Assembly (NCBI GenBank): GCA_035414025.1
Contig: DAONXX010000002.1
Location: 23,304-87,303 of the forward strand
Reading direction: 5' to 3'
From: Bacteroidales bacterium
Lineage (GTDB): Bacteria; Bacteroidota; Bacteroidia; Bacteroidales; VadinHA17
DNA length: 64,000 nucleotides
Below are positions 1 to 8,705 of this stretch, in pieces. Within the stretch, counting starts at the first letter, position 1, and the number at the start of each line of letters is the position of its first letter. The position numbers were made by a program, and so were the translations under genes. Below the pieces are notes generated by a model. It was not told the origin of the DNA. It saw nothing but the letters and a program-made list of their open reading frames with translations, and did not search any database.

Positions 1-1
1 T

Positions 2-2158
2 AAAAAAGACTTTGAATGGCGCAGGATTTTCGATGTTAAATATGATCTGACCCGTCAGCTTAAAGTTGATTTTACAGCAACAAATATTGCACGTATTGAT
101 GAACCTGAAGGGGGAGTCGACCGGGACAGATACAAAAGTGAATTCGAATTATGGCGCGATTCGGTTTTGACCAACCTCAGAAATTTCGGGCGAACAACAA
201 GCTATAACCATTTCATTAATGTAAATTATAATCTGCCGGTTAATAAGCTGCCACTTCTCTCATGGCTTAGTTCAACAGCCAGGTACGGAGCTGATTATAC
301 CTGGCAGGCAGGCGCCATTTACCCTGACAGTATGAACATTAATCTTGGGAATGCGATTCAGAATCACAGTGAACTGTCTCTGACTGCAATGGCAAACCTG
401 TCTTCAATTTATTCGAAATCCAAATTCCTTAAGAATATTGAAAACAATACCCGCCCTGATGCAAAACAGAGGATGCAAACAGAATTGAAAACCGTTACCT
501 ATATCCGGGAGAATGTTAACATACGGCCAAATGCCGTAAGATCAATAGTGCACAACCTGCGTACAAAAGATGTAAATGTAAAGGTAACAAAGAAAACGGG
601 TGAAGAGGTAAAAGGCAAAGTTGATATAATCAGCGAGAACAGGGTCAATTTTACATCCTCAGAACAGGCTGACGGGGCTATAATAACAATAGAGGGGAGA
701 GTTCCCGTCAGAAGAAGTCCGGTGATAATTACCGGGGAATATTTCCTGAGGGCATTGATGGGTGTAAGGTCAGTAAGCCTCAGCTATATTTCCTCTCAGG
801 GGCAGTACCTGCCAGGCTATCTGCCGGGGACTAAATACCTGGGAATGTCGAGTGAGAATGACATTATGGCTCCGGGATGGCCATTTGTATTGGGTTATAG
901 CGATAAGAATTTCTTTAATAAGGCGATGAATAACGGCTGGATCACTAGAGATACCATGCTTAACACACCTGCTTCCTATAATAACAGGTTTGATATTTCA
1001 GCAAGAGCTACTGTTGAGCCTTTCCCGGGAATGAGGATCGATGTGAGTGCTGACAGGCGTTTTCAGGAAACAGCAAGTATGTATTATATTGCCGATCACA
1101 ATGGCAATTTCCCCGACAGTACCCGCAATAAAAATGTATATGGAACTTTTTCAATATCAATAATATCCTGGGGAACCGCTTTTGAGAAAATCTCGAAAAT
1201 AAATGATTATGTATCTCCTACATTTGAAGCATTTAAAAAGAACCTTGTAATAATATCCGAACGGAGAGCAGCTGAAAGAGGAAGGAGAGATCCGGGATAT
1301 GATCCCAACATAGATCCTGTTACAGGTGAGCAGCTTGAAAGTGAGTTTAAAAGCGGGTATGGACAAACCTCACGCGAAGTAATGATACCTGCCTTTATCG
1401 CTGCGTATACGAAAGCAGACCCGCAGAAAGTGTCACTTGAGACTTTCCCTTCGGCACTTAGGATGCTGCCAAACTGGCGGCTTACTTTTAACGGTTTGTC
1501 GAGGTTTGAATTTATTCAGAAAGTGTTCAGGTCAATAAATATTTCACATCAGTACAGGAGTACATATCAGATAGGTTCATATACAACTAATCTGGGATTT
1601 GTTGCAGATAATGACGGTTTAAGCAATGTTCGTGATTTTCAGAAGAATTTTATCCAGCAGTTTGAGATAAACTCAGTTATGATTAATGAGCAGTTCAGCC
1701 CATTGATCAATATAGACATGAACTGGAGGAACAGTCTGACAACCAGGGTGGAGTGGAGGAAGTCACGGACGGTGGCCCTTAACTTTTCAAATAACCAGAT
1801 TTCAGATGCAAGGATCAATGAACTGGTGCTGGGAGCAGGCTACAGATTTGATGATGTGCAGATCATACTAAACACAGGAGGGAGACAGAGAACTCTTGAA
1901 AGTGATCTGAATCTGAGGTTTGATCTTTCAATAAGAGATAACAAAACTCTTACAAGGAAGCTTATTGAAAATGTCAACCAGCCTGTTGCCGGTCAGAAGA
2001 TACTTACGACAGGCCTTACTGCTGATTATGTTCTGAGCGACAGATTCAATCTGCAACTCTATGCTGATTATTCAACGACTGATCCTTTCGTGGCAACTAC
2101 ATATCCGACTTCGAATACCAATATAGGTTTCAGCCTCAAATTTACTCTGGCCCAATGA
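2..2158 (+). CDS. sprA: Cell-surface protein SprA (type IX secretion translocon), C-terminal part; the 5' end lies upstream of the window
   Basis: The frame is open from base 2, so the TTG at 167 used by the ORF track is not the real start. Long beta-rich C-terminal sequence (…YNLPVNKLPLLSWLSSTARYGADYTWQAG… ending …IGFSLKFTLAQ) that I recognise as SprA-like. sprA followed by gcvH is a common Bacteroidota arrangement. Call is from memory, not a search. Confidence 0.7.
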   Translation, partial: KKDFEWRRIFDVKYDLTRQLKVDFTATNIARIDEPEGGVDRDRYKSEFELWRDSVLTNLRNFGRTTSYNHFINVNYNLPVNKLPLLSWLSSTARYGADYTWQAGAIYPDSMNINLGNAIQNHSELSLTAMANLSSIYSKSKFLKNIENNTRPDAKQRMQTELKTVTYIRENVNIRPNAVRSIVHNLRTKDVNVKVTKKTGEEVKGKVDIISENRVNFTSSEQADGAIITIEGRVPVRRSPVIITGEYFLRALMGVRSVSLSYISSQGQYLPGYLPGTKYLGMSSENDIMAPGWPFVLGYSDKNFFNKAMNNGWITRDTMLNTPASYNNRFDISARATVEPFPGMRIDVSADRRFQETASMYYIADHNGNFPDSTRNKNVYGTFSISIISWGTAFEKISKINDYVSPTFEAFKKNLVIISERRAAERGRRDPGYDPNIDPVTGEQLESEFKSGYGQTSREVMIPAFIAAYTKADPQKVSLETFPSALRMLPNWRLTFNGLSRFEFIQKVFRSINISHQYRSTYQIGSYTTNLGFVADNDGLSNVRDFQKNFIQQFEINSVMINEQFSPLINIDMNWRNSLTTRVEWRKSRTVALNFSNNQISDARINELVLGAGYRFDDVQIILNTGGRQRTLESDLNLRFDLSIRDNKTLTRKLIENVNQPVAGQKILTTGLTADYVLSDRFNLQLYADYSTTDPFVATTYPTSNTNIGFSLKFTLAQ

Positions 2159-2362
2159 CCTTTTTCTGAAAAAGCCTGAAAATCAGCCTGTCTTCTCTAA
2201 TCCGTCAGTTGGCGAAGCTTAAATAAATTTCGACTTCACCGGGCGCCAAATCCGTAAAGCAATTAGAATCTCGCACAGACAGGATCAATGTAATATTGTG
2301 AATGGTTCACCACAGCTCTATTAAAATAAAATTAGTTATTCTTTAGTAAATAAAAAAATTCC

Positions 2363-2370
2363 TATTTTTG
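2363..2370 (+). promoter_or_regulatory. Candidate Bacteroidota -7 promoter box (TAnnTTTG) for gcvH
   Basis: TATTTTTG, 46 nt upstream of the gcvH ATG. This short motif occurs by chance fairly often in AT-rich spacers. Confidence 0.3.
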
Positions 2371-2415
2371 ACTTAGATATATCAGTATTTAATTAATCGA
2401 TAAAATAAACTGACT

Positions 2416-2796
2416 ATGAATATTCCTGACAACCTGAAGTACACGAAAGATCATGAATGGCTAAGAATAGATGGTGAATTTGGTTATATAGGCATAACTG
2501 ATTTTGCCCAGGGCGAGCTTGGTGATATTGTTTTTATCGAGATTGAAACTGTCGGAGAAACTCTTGAAAAGGAGGAGGTTTTTGGTACCGTTGAGGCAGT
2601 CAAAACTGTATCAGACTTGTTCATGCCTGTTTCAGGTGAAATACTCGAGTTTAATTCTGCTCTTGAAGATTCTCCAGACCTTGTAAATAAAGATCCTTAC
2701 GGAGAAGGGTGGATGGTCAGAATTAAAATCACCGATATTTCGGAAGCAGAAACACTTCTTGATGCCGGGCAATATAAGGCTTTTACCGGAGCTTAA
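2416..2796 (+). CDS. gcvH: Glycine cleavage system protein H
   Basis: 126 aa. N-terminal YTKDHEWL and the lipoyl-lysine context [12 protein letters not shown] are typical of GcvH. Confidence 0.9.
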   Translation: MNIPDNLKYTKDHEWLRIDGEFGYIGITDFAQGELGDIVFIEIETVGETLEKEEVFGTVEAVKTVSDLFMPVSGEILEFNSALEDSPDLVNKDPYGEGWMVRIKITDISEAETLLDAGQYKAFTGA

Positions 2797-2868
2797 AACT
2801 TACAGATGTGTTTTTTACGGGGGCAGTTCGCAGAATATTGTAGAATGCAGATCCCTGTTAAGGAGAGA

Positions 2869-5787
2869 TCAGAGGGTCTTTTTGACTTCCACTTCCTGGT
2901 AGGCTTCAATTATATCACCTACCTTAATATCGTTGAAATTCTGGATATTTAAACCACACTCATAACCTCCCACAACCTCTTTGACATCGTCTTTAAACCG
3001 CTTCAGTGAACCTAATTCTCCGGTATAAATTACGATCCCATCCCTTATTATCCGCACTTTTGAATTCTTTGTTATTTTCCCTTCTTTAACATAACATCCT
3101 GCTATTGTTCCCACCTTTGTAACCTTGAATAATTCCCTTATCTCAAGCGTTGCCACGATCACTTCCTTAACTTCAGGAGAGAGCATACCCTCCATTGCTG
3201 CTTTGATTTCTTCAATAGCGTCATAGATAATTGAATATAAGCGGATATCAATCTCTTCCTTTTCGGCCAGTTTGCGGGCATTCATTGATGGGCGAACCTG
3301 GAAGCCGACAATAACAGCATTAGAGGCAGCTGCCAGCAAAATATCCGATTCGGAGATCTGGCCAACGGCTTTATGTATAACATTAAGCTGGATTTCGGGT
3401 GTTGACAGTTTTATAAGAGAATCACTAAGGGCCTCAATAGAACCATCAACGTCTCCTTTGACTATTATATTCAATTCCTGGAAGTTGCCAATTGCTATTC
3501 TACGGCCAATTTCGTCGAGCGTTATGTGTTTCTGGGTGCGCAGACCCTGTTCTCTTTGAAGCTGAGCTCTTCTGTTTGCTATGTCTTTAGCCTCCCTTTC
3601 GTTATTCATTACGTTGAACTTATCACCTGCCTGAGGCGGCCCGTTAAGTCCGAGCACCAGAGTCGCAGCTGAAGGAAGAGCTTTTGATATTTTGTGTCCC
3701 CGCTCATTGTACATTGCCTTGACATTTCCGAAGTAAGTCCCGGCAAGCATTATATCACCTACCCGTAAAGTGCCTGCTTTTACAAGCACGGTTGCCGTAT
3801 AACCCCTTCCTTTATCGAGGGAAGATTCAATAACGGTCCCTATTGCAGGTTTGTCAGGATTAGCTTTTAGCTCCAGCATTTCAGCTTCGAGAAGGACTTT
3901 GTCGAGTAAGATATCAATATTCAATCCAGTTTTGGCAGATATTTCCTGTGACTGATATTTCCCTCCCCAGTCTTCAACGAGGTAGTTCATATTAGCCAGA
4001 GCTTCTTTTATTTTTTCAGGATTAGCTGTTGGCTTATCTATCTTATTAATTGCAAAAACGATAGGGACACCTGCTGCAGAAGCATGGTTTATAGCTTCAA
4101 CTGTTTGAGGCATTACTCCGTCATCTGCCGCAACAACAATTATGGCGATATCCGTTATCTGTGCTCCTCTAGCCCTCATTGCTGTAAATGCCTCATGACC
4201 GGGAGTGTCGAGGAATGTCAACTGGCGTCCATCATCAAGACGGACTCCATATGCTCCGATATGCTGTGTTATGCCACCGGCTTCACCGGCTATTACATTT
4301 GTTCTTCTTATATAGTCGAGGAGTTTTGTCTTCCCATGGTCGACATGCCCCATTACTGTTACAATAGGGGGCCTGGGTTTCAAATCCTCCTCTCTATCCT
4401 CCTCCTCCTGGACAGCTTCCTGAAACTCAGCGCTTACAAACTCAACCTTGTAGCCAAATTCATCAGCCAGAATAGCCATTGTTTCAGCATCAAGTCGCTG
4501 ATTTATTGAAACAAACAGTCCCAGATTCATGCAGGTGGATATGATTTCAGTAACCGGTACATCCATCATTATTGCCAGTTCGTTTACTGAAACGAATTCC
4601 GTTACTTTAAGGATGTTTTTGCTCTGTTCGATCTGATCTTCGGCTTCCCTGTGCTTCTGGCTTATTGCATCACGTTTTTCACGGCGATACCTTGAGCCTC
4701 TTGATTTTCCTTTAGTTGTAAGTCTTGCCAGGGTCTCCTTAATCTGCTTCTGAACTTCTTCTTCATCAACTTCTGTTCTTACAGGTCTTTTCCTCTGTAC
4801 CCGTTTTCCACCTTTATCCTTTTTTTCTGTCGTTTCAGGTTTGACAACAGAGACCTGATCCTTTTTCTTTGTGATCCTTTTTCTTCTTTTCTTTCTTTTG
4901 CCATCGGAATCAGGATCTATTTTAACAGGCTGATTAGGAGCCTGTTTTTTCTTTTCTTCAACGGGAAGGTCTATTTTTCCAACAACAGTTGGGCCGGATA
5001 ATTTTTCAATATCAGGCCTGAACACTTTAAAAATTTCTTCTTCAGGTTCGACAATCTGAGGGACATCAATAAGTTTTTCTTCTTTAGCAGGAAGCGTAAG
5101 GGGTTCCTGCACTTCTGATGTTGTTTTTATTTCTGATTCAGCAGTTTCTTCCTTTTGTTCAGCAATTTTTTCTTCAGGTTGTTTTGACAATACCTCTTCA
5201 GCTAAGGATTTTCCTTCCTTTGAGATAGTTTCGAGATCAATTTTACCAACTATATGTATGTCGATCGGAGGGGCCTTTTTTTCTTCCTTTTCAAGGGCTG
5301 TTTTTTCAGGTTCGTCCGGTTTCGGGGTTACCTTCTCTTCTTTCACTTCCTTAGGAGGGGCAGCCTTTTCGATTTTTGGTCTGGTTGTTTCGTCAAGATC
5401 TATTTTCCCTACAAGTTTAATATCAGGTTTGGCGATCTCAGTTTTTATATCGACATCTTTCTTTGTTATTGAAGAGTCTTTCAGTATTACTTCCTCAACG
5501 TGCTCCACATCTTCAGCGGAGTTCTTTTCGGCGAAGTCGTCAATGGAGACGGATTCTTTCTTTTTGGTAATGTCTTTAAGACTAAGCCTTTCAGATTCCT
5601 TTTTGACGCTTATGTCTGTACTATACTCTTTTACGAGTAAATTGTAAGCCTCGTCCGGGAGTTTGGTATTTGGGTTTGGATCAAGATCGAACCCTTTTTT
5701 GTTAAGAAATTCCACAATAGTGGAAATTCCCACATTGAATTTACGGGCTGCCTTACTTAATCTCGTTGCCTTTATGTTTTCTGTCAT
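2869..5787 (-). CDS. infB: Translation initiation factor IF-2
   Basis: 972 aa. GTPase motifs [13 protein letters not shown] and NKID. Lys/Glu-rich N-terminal half with three VGKIDL repeats. Lies downstream of rimP-nusA. Confidence 0.95.
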   Translation of the reverse strand: MTENIKATRLSKAARKFNVGISTIVEFLNKKGFDLDPNPNTKLPDEAYNLLVKEYSTDISVKKESERLSLKDITKKKESVSIDDFAEKNSAEDVEHVEEVILKDSSITKKDVDIKTEIAKPDIKLVGKIDLDETTRPKIEKAAPPKEVKEEKVTPKPDEPEKTALEKEEKKAPPIDIHIVGKIDLETISKEGKSLAEEVLSKQPEEKIAEQKEETAESEIKTTSEVQEPLTLPAKEEKLIDVPQIVEPEEEIFKVFRPDIEKLSGPTVVGKIDLPVEEKKKQAPNQPVKIDPDSDGKRKKRRKRITKKKDQVSVVKPETTEKKDKGGKRVQRKRPVRTEVDEEEVQKQIKETLARLTTKGKSRGSRYRREKRDAISQKHREAEDQIEQSKNILKVTEFVSVNELAIMMDVPVTEIISTCMNLGLFVSINQRLDAETMAILADEFGYKVEFVSAEFQEAVQEEEDREEDLKPRPPIVTVMGHVDHGKTKLLDYIRRTNVIAGEAGGITQHIGAYGVRLDDGRQLTFLDTPGHEAFTAMRARGAQITDIAIIVVAADDGVMPQTVEAINHASAAGVPIVFAINKIDKPTANPEKIKEALANMNYLVEDWGGKYQSQEISAKTGLNIDILLDKVLLEAEMLELKANPDKPAIGTVIESSLDKGRGYTATVLVKAGTLRVGDIMLAGTYFGNVKAMYNERGHKISKALPSAATLVLGLNGPPQAGDKFNVMNNEREAKDIANRRAQLQREQGLRTQKHITLDEIGRRIAIGNFQELNIIVKGDVDGSIEALSDSLIKLSTPEIQLNVIHKAVGQISESDILLAAASNAVIVGFQVRPSMNARKLAEKEEIDIRLYSIIYDAIEEIKAAMEGMLSPEVKEVIVATLEIRELFKVTKVGTIAGCYVKEGKITKNSKVRIIRDGIVIYTGELGSLKRFKDDVKEVVGGYECGLNIQNFNDIKVGDIIEAYQEVEVKKTL

Positions 5788-5832
5788 ATATTCCCCCCTG
5801 GCTTTGTAAATCCTTATAAAATTGTTTTAATA

Positions 5833-7071
5833 TTATTCAAATTCAGCTTTAAGGATGTTTACCACTTCTTTTACTGTCTCCTCTTCAAGATCTGTTCTCT
5901 TTACAAGATCGCTTATTGAAAGGTTGAGAACACTTTTGGCCGTGTCGCATCCTATAGCCTTTAATTCTTCAATTATCCATTCCTCAATCTCGTCACTGAA
6001 TTCCTCGAGGTTGACATCTTCTTCATCCTCGCCTCCCGGTTCTCTATAAACATCAATTTCATAGCCGGTCAGCTGGCTGGCGAGTTTTATATTCAGGCCC
6101 CCTTTCCCTATTGCCAGCGATACTTCATTTGGTTTTAAGTATATTTCGGCACGTTTGGTCTCTTCATCAAGTTTAATAGATGTAATTTTTGCAGGACTCA
6201 GAGCTCTCTGGATGAACAGCTGATTATTTGAAGTAAAATTAATTACGTCAATGTTTTCGTTTCGCAGCTCCCTTACTATACCGTGTATCCTTGACCCTTT
6301 CATTCCCACACAGGCGCCTACCGGATCAATTCTTTCATCATAGGATTCAACTGCAACTTTTGCTCTTTCACCTGGCACTCTTACAATTTTTTTAATAGTA
6401 ATCAATCCATCAAATATCTCCGGCACTTCAAGTTCAAATAGTCTTTCAAGAAAAACAGGCGAGGTCCGGCTGAGTATTATTAAAGGAGTATTATTTCTCA
6501 TTTCTACTTTTATAACAACAGCCCTGATTGTGTCTCCTTTGCGGAAGTGATCAGAGGGTATCTGTTCGCTTTTTGGCAGAATAAGTTCATTGCCATCATC
6601 ATCAAGAACAAGTATCTCTCTTTTCCACACCTGATAAATTTCGCCGGTCACAATCTCACCAATCCTGTCCTTGTATTTCATGTAGATATTATTCTTTTCA
6701 AGATCAAGGATACGTGCAGTGAGATTTTGTCTCAGGGCCAGGATAGATCTTCTGCCGAAATCTACAAATTTAACTTCATCTGATACTTCTTCACCAACTT
6801 CATAGTCCTCATCAATTTCTTTTGCCTTGGAAAGAGGAATCTGTGTTATAGGATCTGTAAGCTGGTCATCTTCAACCACAACCCAGTTTCTCCAAATTTC
6901 AAAATCACCCTTATCTATATTTACAATAATATCAAAATTATCAGCTGAGCCATACTTTTTTGCCAACAACCCCCTGAAAACATCCTCAAGAACACTCATC
7001 ATAGTAGGCCGGTCGATGTTTTTCAACTCTTTAAATTCTGAAAAGGTGTCAATCAAATTAACATTTTCCAT
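5833..7071 (-). CDS. nusA: Transcription termination/antitermination factor NusA
   Basis: 412 aa. S1-like (GEIVTGEIYQV) and KH-like (ACVGMKGSRIHGI, AIGKGGLNIKLA) segments. Conserved rimP-nusA-infB order. Confidence 0.95.
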   Translation of the reverse strand: MENVNLIDTFSEFKELKNIDRPTMMSVLEDVFRGLLAKKYGSADNFDIIVNIDKGDFEIWRNWVVVEDDQLTDPITQIPLSKAKEIDEDYEVGEEVSDEVKFVDFGRRSILALRQNLTARILDLEKNNIYMKYKDRIGEIVTGEIYQVWKREILVLDDDGNELILPKSEQIPSDHFRKGDTIRAVVIKVEMRNNTPLIILSRTSPVFLERLFELEVPEIFDGLITIKKIVRVPGERAKVAVESYDERIDPVGACVGMKGSRIHGIVRELRNENIDVINFTSNNQLFIQRALSPAKITSIKLDEETKRAEIYLKPNEVSLAIGKGGLNIKLASQLTGYEIDVYREPGGEDEEDVNLEEFSDEIEEWIIEELKAIGCDTAKSVLNLSISDLVKRTDLEEETVKEVVNILKAEFE

Positions 7072-7076
7072 TTGGT

Positions 7077-7538
7077 TTAATTCCCTTTTATTATACTATA
7101 AATTGCCTTTGCTGATTTAACCTGATCAAAATTGAAGGATTTATCCAGTTTTTCTGATTTTTTTCCTTTAATCCTGATCTCTGTTTCGAGTTCAAATCCT
7201 CCTTTTGTAACATTCTTCAGTACACCTGTGAATCTCTCTCCACTGGAATCGACAACCTCAATTTTCCTGTTTTCGTATTTCCTGTATTGCTCTATAACAG
7301 CAAAATGTGCGTCAAGTCCAGGAGATGAAACCTGTAATTCGAAATCCACTGAATTCCGGTCCAGAATTGTCTCAATATGACGATGAAGATCTGCACATTG
7401 TTCCAGCAGTATTCCGTTAAAAGTGTCGATAATTACAGATATCCTGTTTGTACTGCTTACTTTAACAGCAACAGGAAATATATCTGTTCCCTTAATATAT
7501 TCATTAACAATATTTTCTATTTTACTCTTTTCAATCAT
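7077..7538 (-). CDS. rimP: Ribosome maturation factor RimP
   Basis: About 153 aa, immediately upstream of nusA. The ORF-track start at 7541 is a TTG. The adjacent ATG at 7538 (MIEKSKIEN…) is the more likely start. Confidence 0.8.
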   Translation of the reverse strand: MIEKSKIENIVNEYIKGTDIFPVAVKVSSTNRISVIIDTFNGILLEQCADLHRHIETILDRNSVDFELQVSSPGLDAHFAVIEQYRKYENRKIEVVDSSGERFTGVLKNVTKGGFELETEIRIKGKKSEKLDKSFNFDQVKSAKAIYSIIKGN

Positions 7539-7599
7539 CAAGAACTAAGGATAATAAAATAGGGGACTTTGGTCCCCTAGTTTCCCCTCTTTTCGGATG

Positions 7600-7607
7600 C
7601 AAAGATA
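7600..7607 (-). promoter_or_regulatory. Candidate -7 promoter box for rimP-nusA-infB
   Basis: The minus strand reads TATCTTTG. About 20 nt upstream of the leader hairpin at 7560..7579. Confidence 0.35.
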
Positions 7608-7673
7608 ATTAAGGTTTCGGAAATAACAAGTGTTCAGTTAAATAATAATTTTAATTTGCGACCTTTGTGATGT

Positions 7674-8609
7674 ATGATAAGAGAAATATATTCCAGGCAG
7701 GAAGTTGCTCAGTTACAGCATTGTACTTTGTGTCCCAGAAAATGTGGAGTTAACAGATTTGAGGGAGCAAAGGGTTATTGCGGGACAGATGCGGGTCTTA
7801 ATATAGCGTCGATCTGCATACACAGGGGAGAGGAGCCTCCGATAAGCGGACTGGATGGCATTTGTAATGTATTTTTCTCCGGTTGTAATCTCAGATGTAT
7901 TTATTGTCAGAATTATGAGATAAGCAGGCCTCGGTCCAACAGTGGGAATTTTACATTCAGTGAGGCAGTTAGTGTTATAACAGACATTATCAGGGGAGGT
8001 ATAAAAGCTATCGGTTTTGTTTCCCCCTCGCATATGATACCACAGATGAAAGCTCTTATCAGAGCTGTAAGGGAGACCGGACTCAAACCCATAATAGTCT
8101 ATAATACAAACAGTTATGACTGTCCGGAAGTAATTGAGGAAATTGAAGGATTGATTGATGTATATCTTCCGGATCTTAAATATGTAACACCGGTCATTGC
8201 AAAACAATATTCAGATGCAGCTGACTATTCTGACGTTGCACTTAAAGCTCTCAGAAAAATGTATTATCAGAAAGGTTCCGTTCTGCAAAAAGATGAACAG
8301 GGCAGTGCAGAGAGCGGGATACTTATACGTCATCTTGTTCTCCCGGGCCATAGCGAAGAGAGTAAGGCAGTTTTGAAAACAATTGCTGAAGAACTTTCTC
8401 CTGGTGTTAATCTGTCACTTATGTCGCAATATTATCCGGTGCCGGGTGTTAGGGATCATTCAATTCTTAATCGTAAATTATATAAAGATGAATATGAATC
8501 GGTAGTTGCAGTTATGAAGAGTCTTGGTTTCCGGAATGGCTGGATCCAGGATCTGAACAGCTATTTAAATTACAGACCTGATTTTAGCAGAAACCATCCC
8601 TTTGAATAG
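7674..8609 (+). CDS. Radical SAM protein (PflX-like putative activating enzyme)
   Basis: 311 aa. CxxxCxxC cluster motif (CNLRCIYCQN) plus an N-terminal Cys-rich segment (CTLCPRKCGVNR…GYCG). Confidence 0.75.
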   Translation: MIREIYSRQEVAQLQHCTLCPRKCGVNRFEGAKGYCGTDAGLNIASICIHRGEEPPISGLDGICNVFFSGCNLRCIYCQNYEISRPRSNSGNFTFSEAVSVITDIIRGGIKAIGFVSPSHMIPQMKALIRAVRETGLKPIIVYNTNSYDCPEVIEEIEGLIDVYLPDLKYVTPVIAKQYSDAADYSDVALKALRKMYYQKGSVLQKDEQGSAESGILIRHLVLPGHSEESKAVLKTIAEELSPGVNLSLMSQYYPVPGVRDHSILNRKLYKDEYESVVAVMKSLGFRNGWIQDLNSYLNYRPDFSRNHPFE

Positions 8610-8655
8610 AAGTCAGCAACTTTAAGGAAAAGGATAATTATATAAGATAAAATAC

Positions 8656-8684
8656 AAAGAGGGTGTTTTCTTAACACCCTCTTT
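8656..8684. terminator. Bidirectional intrinsic terminator between the radical SAM gene and the repeat-protein gene
   Basis: Perfect 12-bp stem AAAGAGGGTGTT/AACACCCTCTTT with 5-nt loop. The A/T runs give a U-tract on both strands. Sits between convergent genes. Confidence 0.75.
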
Positions 8685-8705
8685 GTCAATGATTCTAAAC
8701 CTGTG

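Noticed and set aside
2187-2283. A possible glycine riboswitch or structured RNA between sprA and gcvH. Three nested helices can be drawn: CCTGTCT/AGACAGG, TCTAAT/ATTAGA and TTGGCG/CGCCAA.
   Set aside because: The conserved glycine-riboswitch core (GGAGAG…, CCGAAGG.GCAA, CUCUCAGGC) is not present. The helices are short with large asymmetric loops. The best gcvH promoter box (2363..2370) lies downstream of the structure. cmscan with RF00504 would settle it.
4084-4509. A 141-aa plus-strand ORF inside infB. The same class includes 5258..5647, 12902..13312, 15962..16390, 44020..44415, 48214..48636, 55559..56044 and 61622..62230.
   Set aside because: All lie fully antisense to well-supported conserved genes. 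Their composition is low-complexity or Cys/Ser-rich, typical of antisense frames, and they have no start or promoter context.
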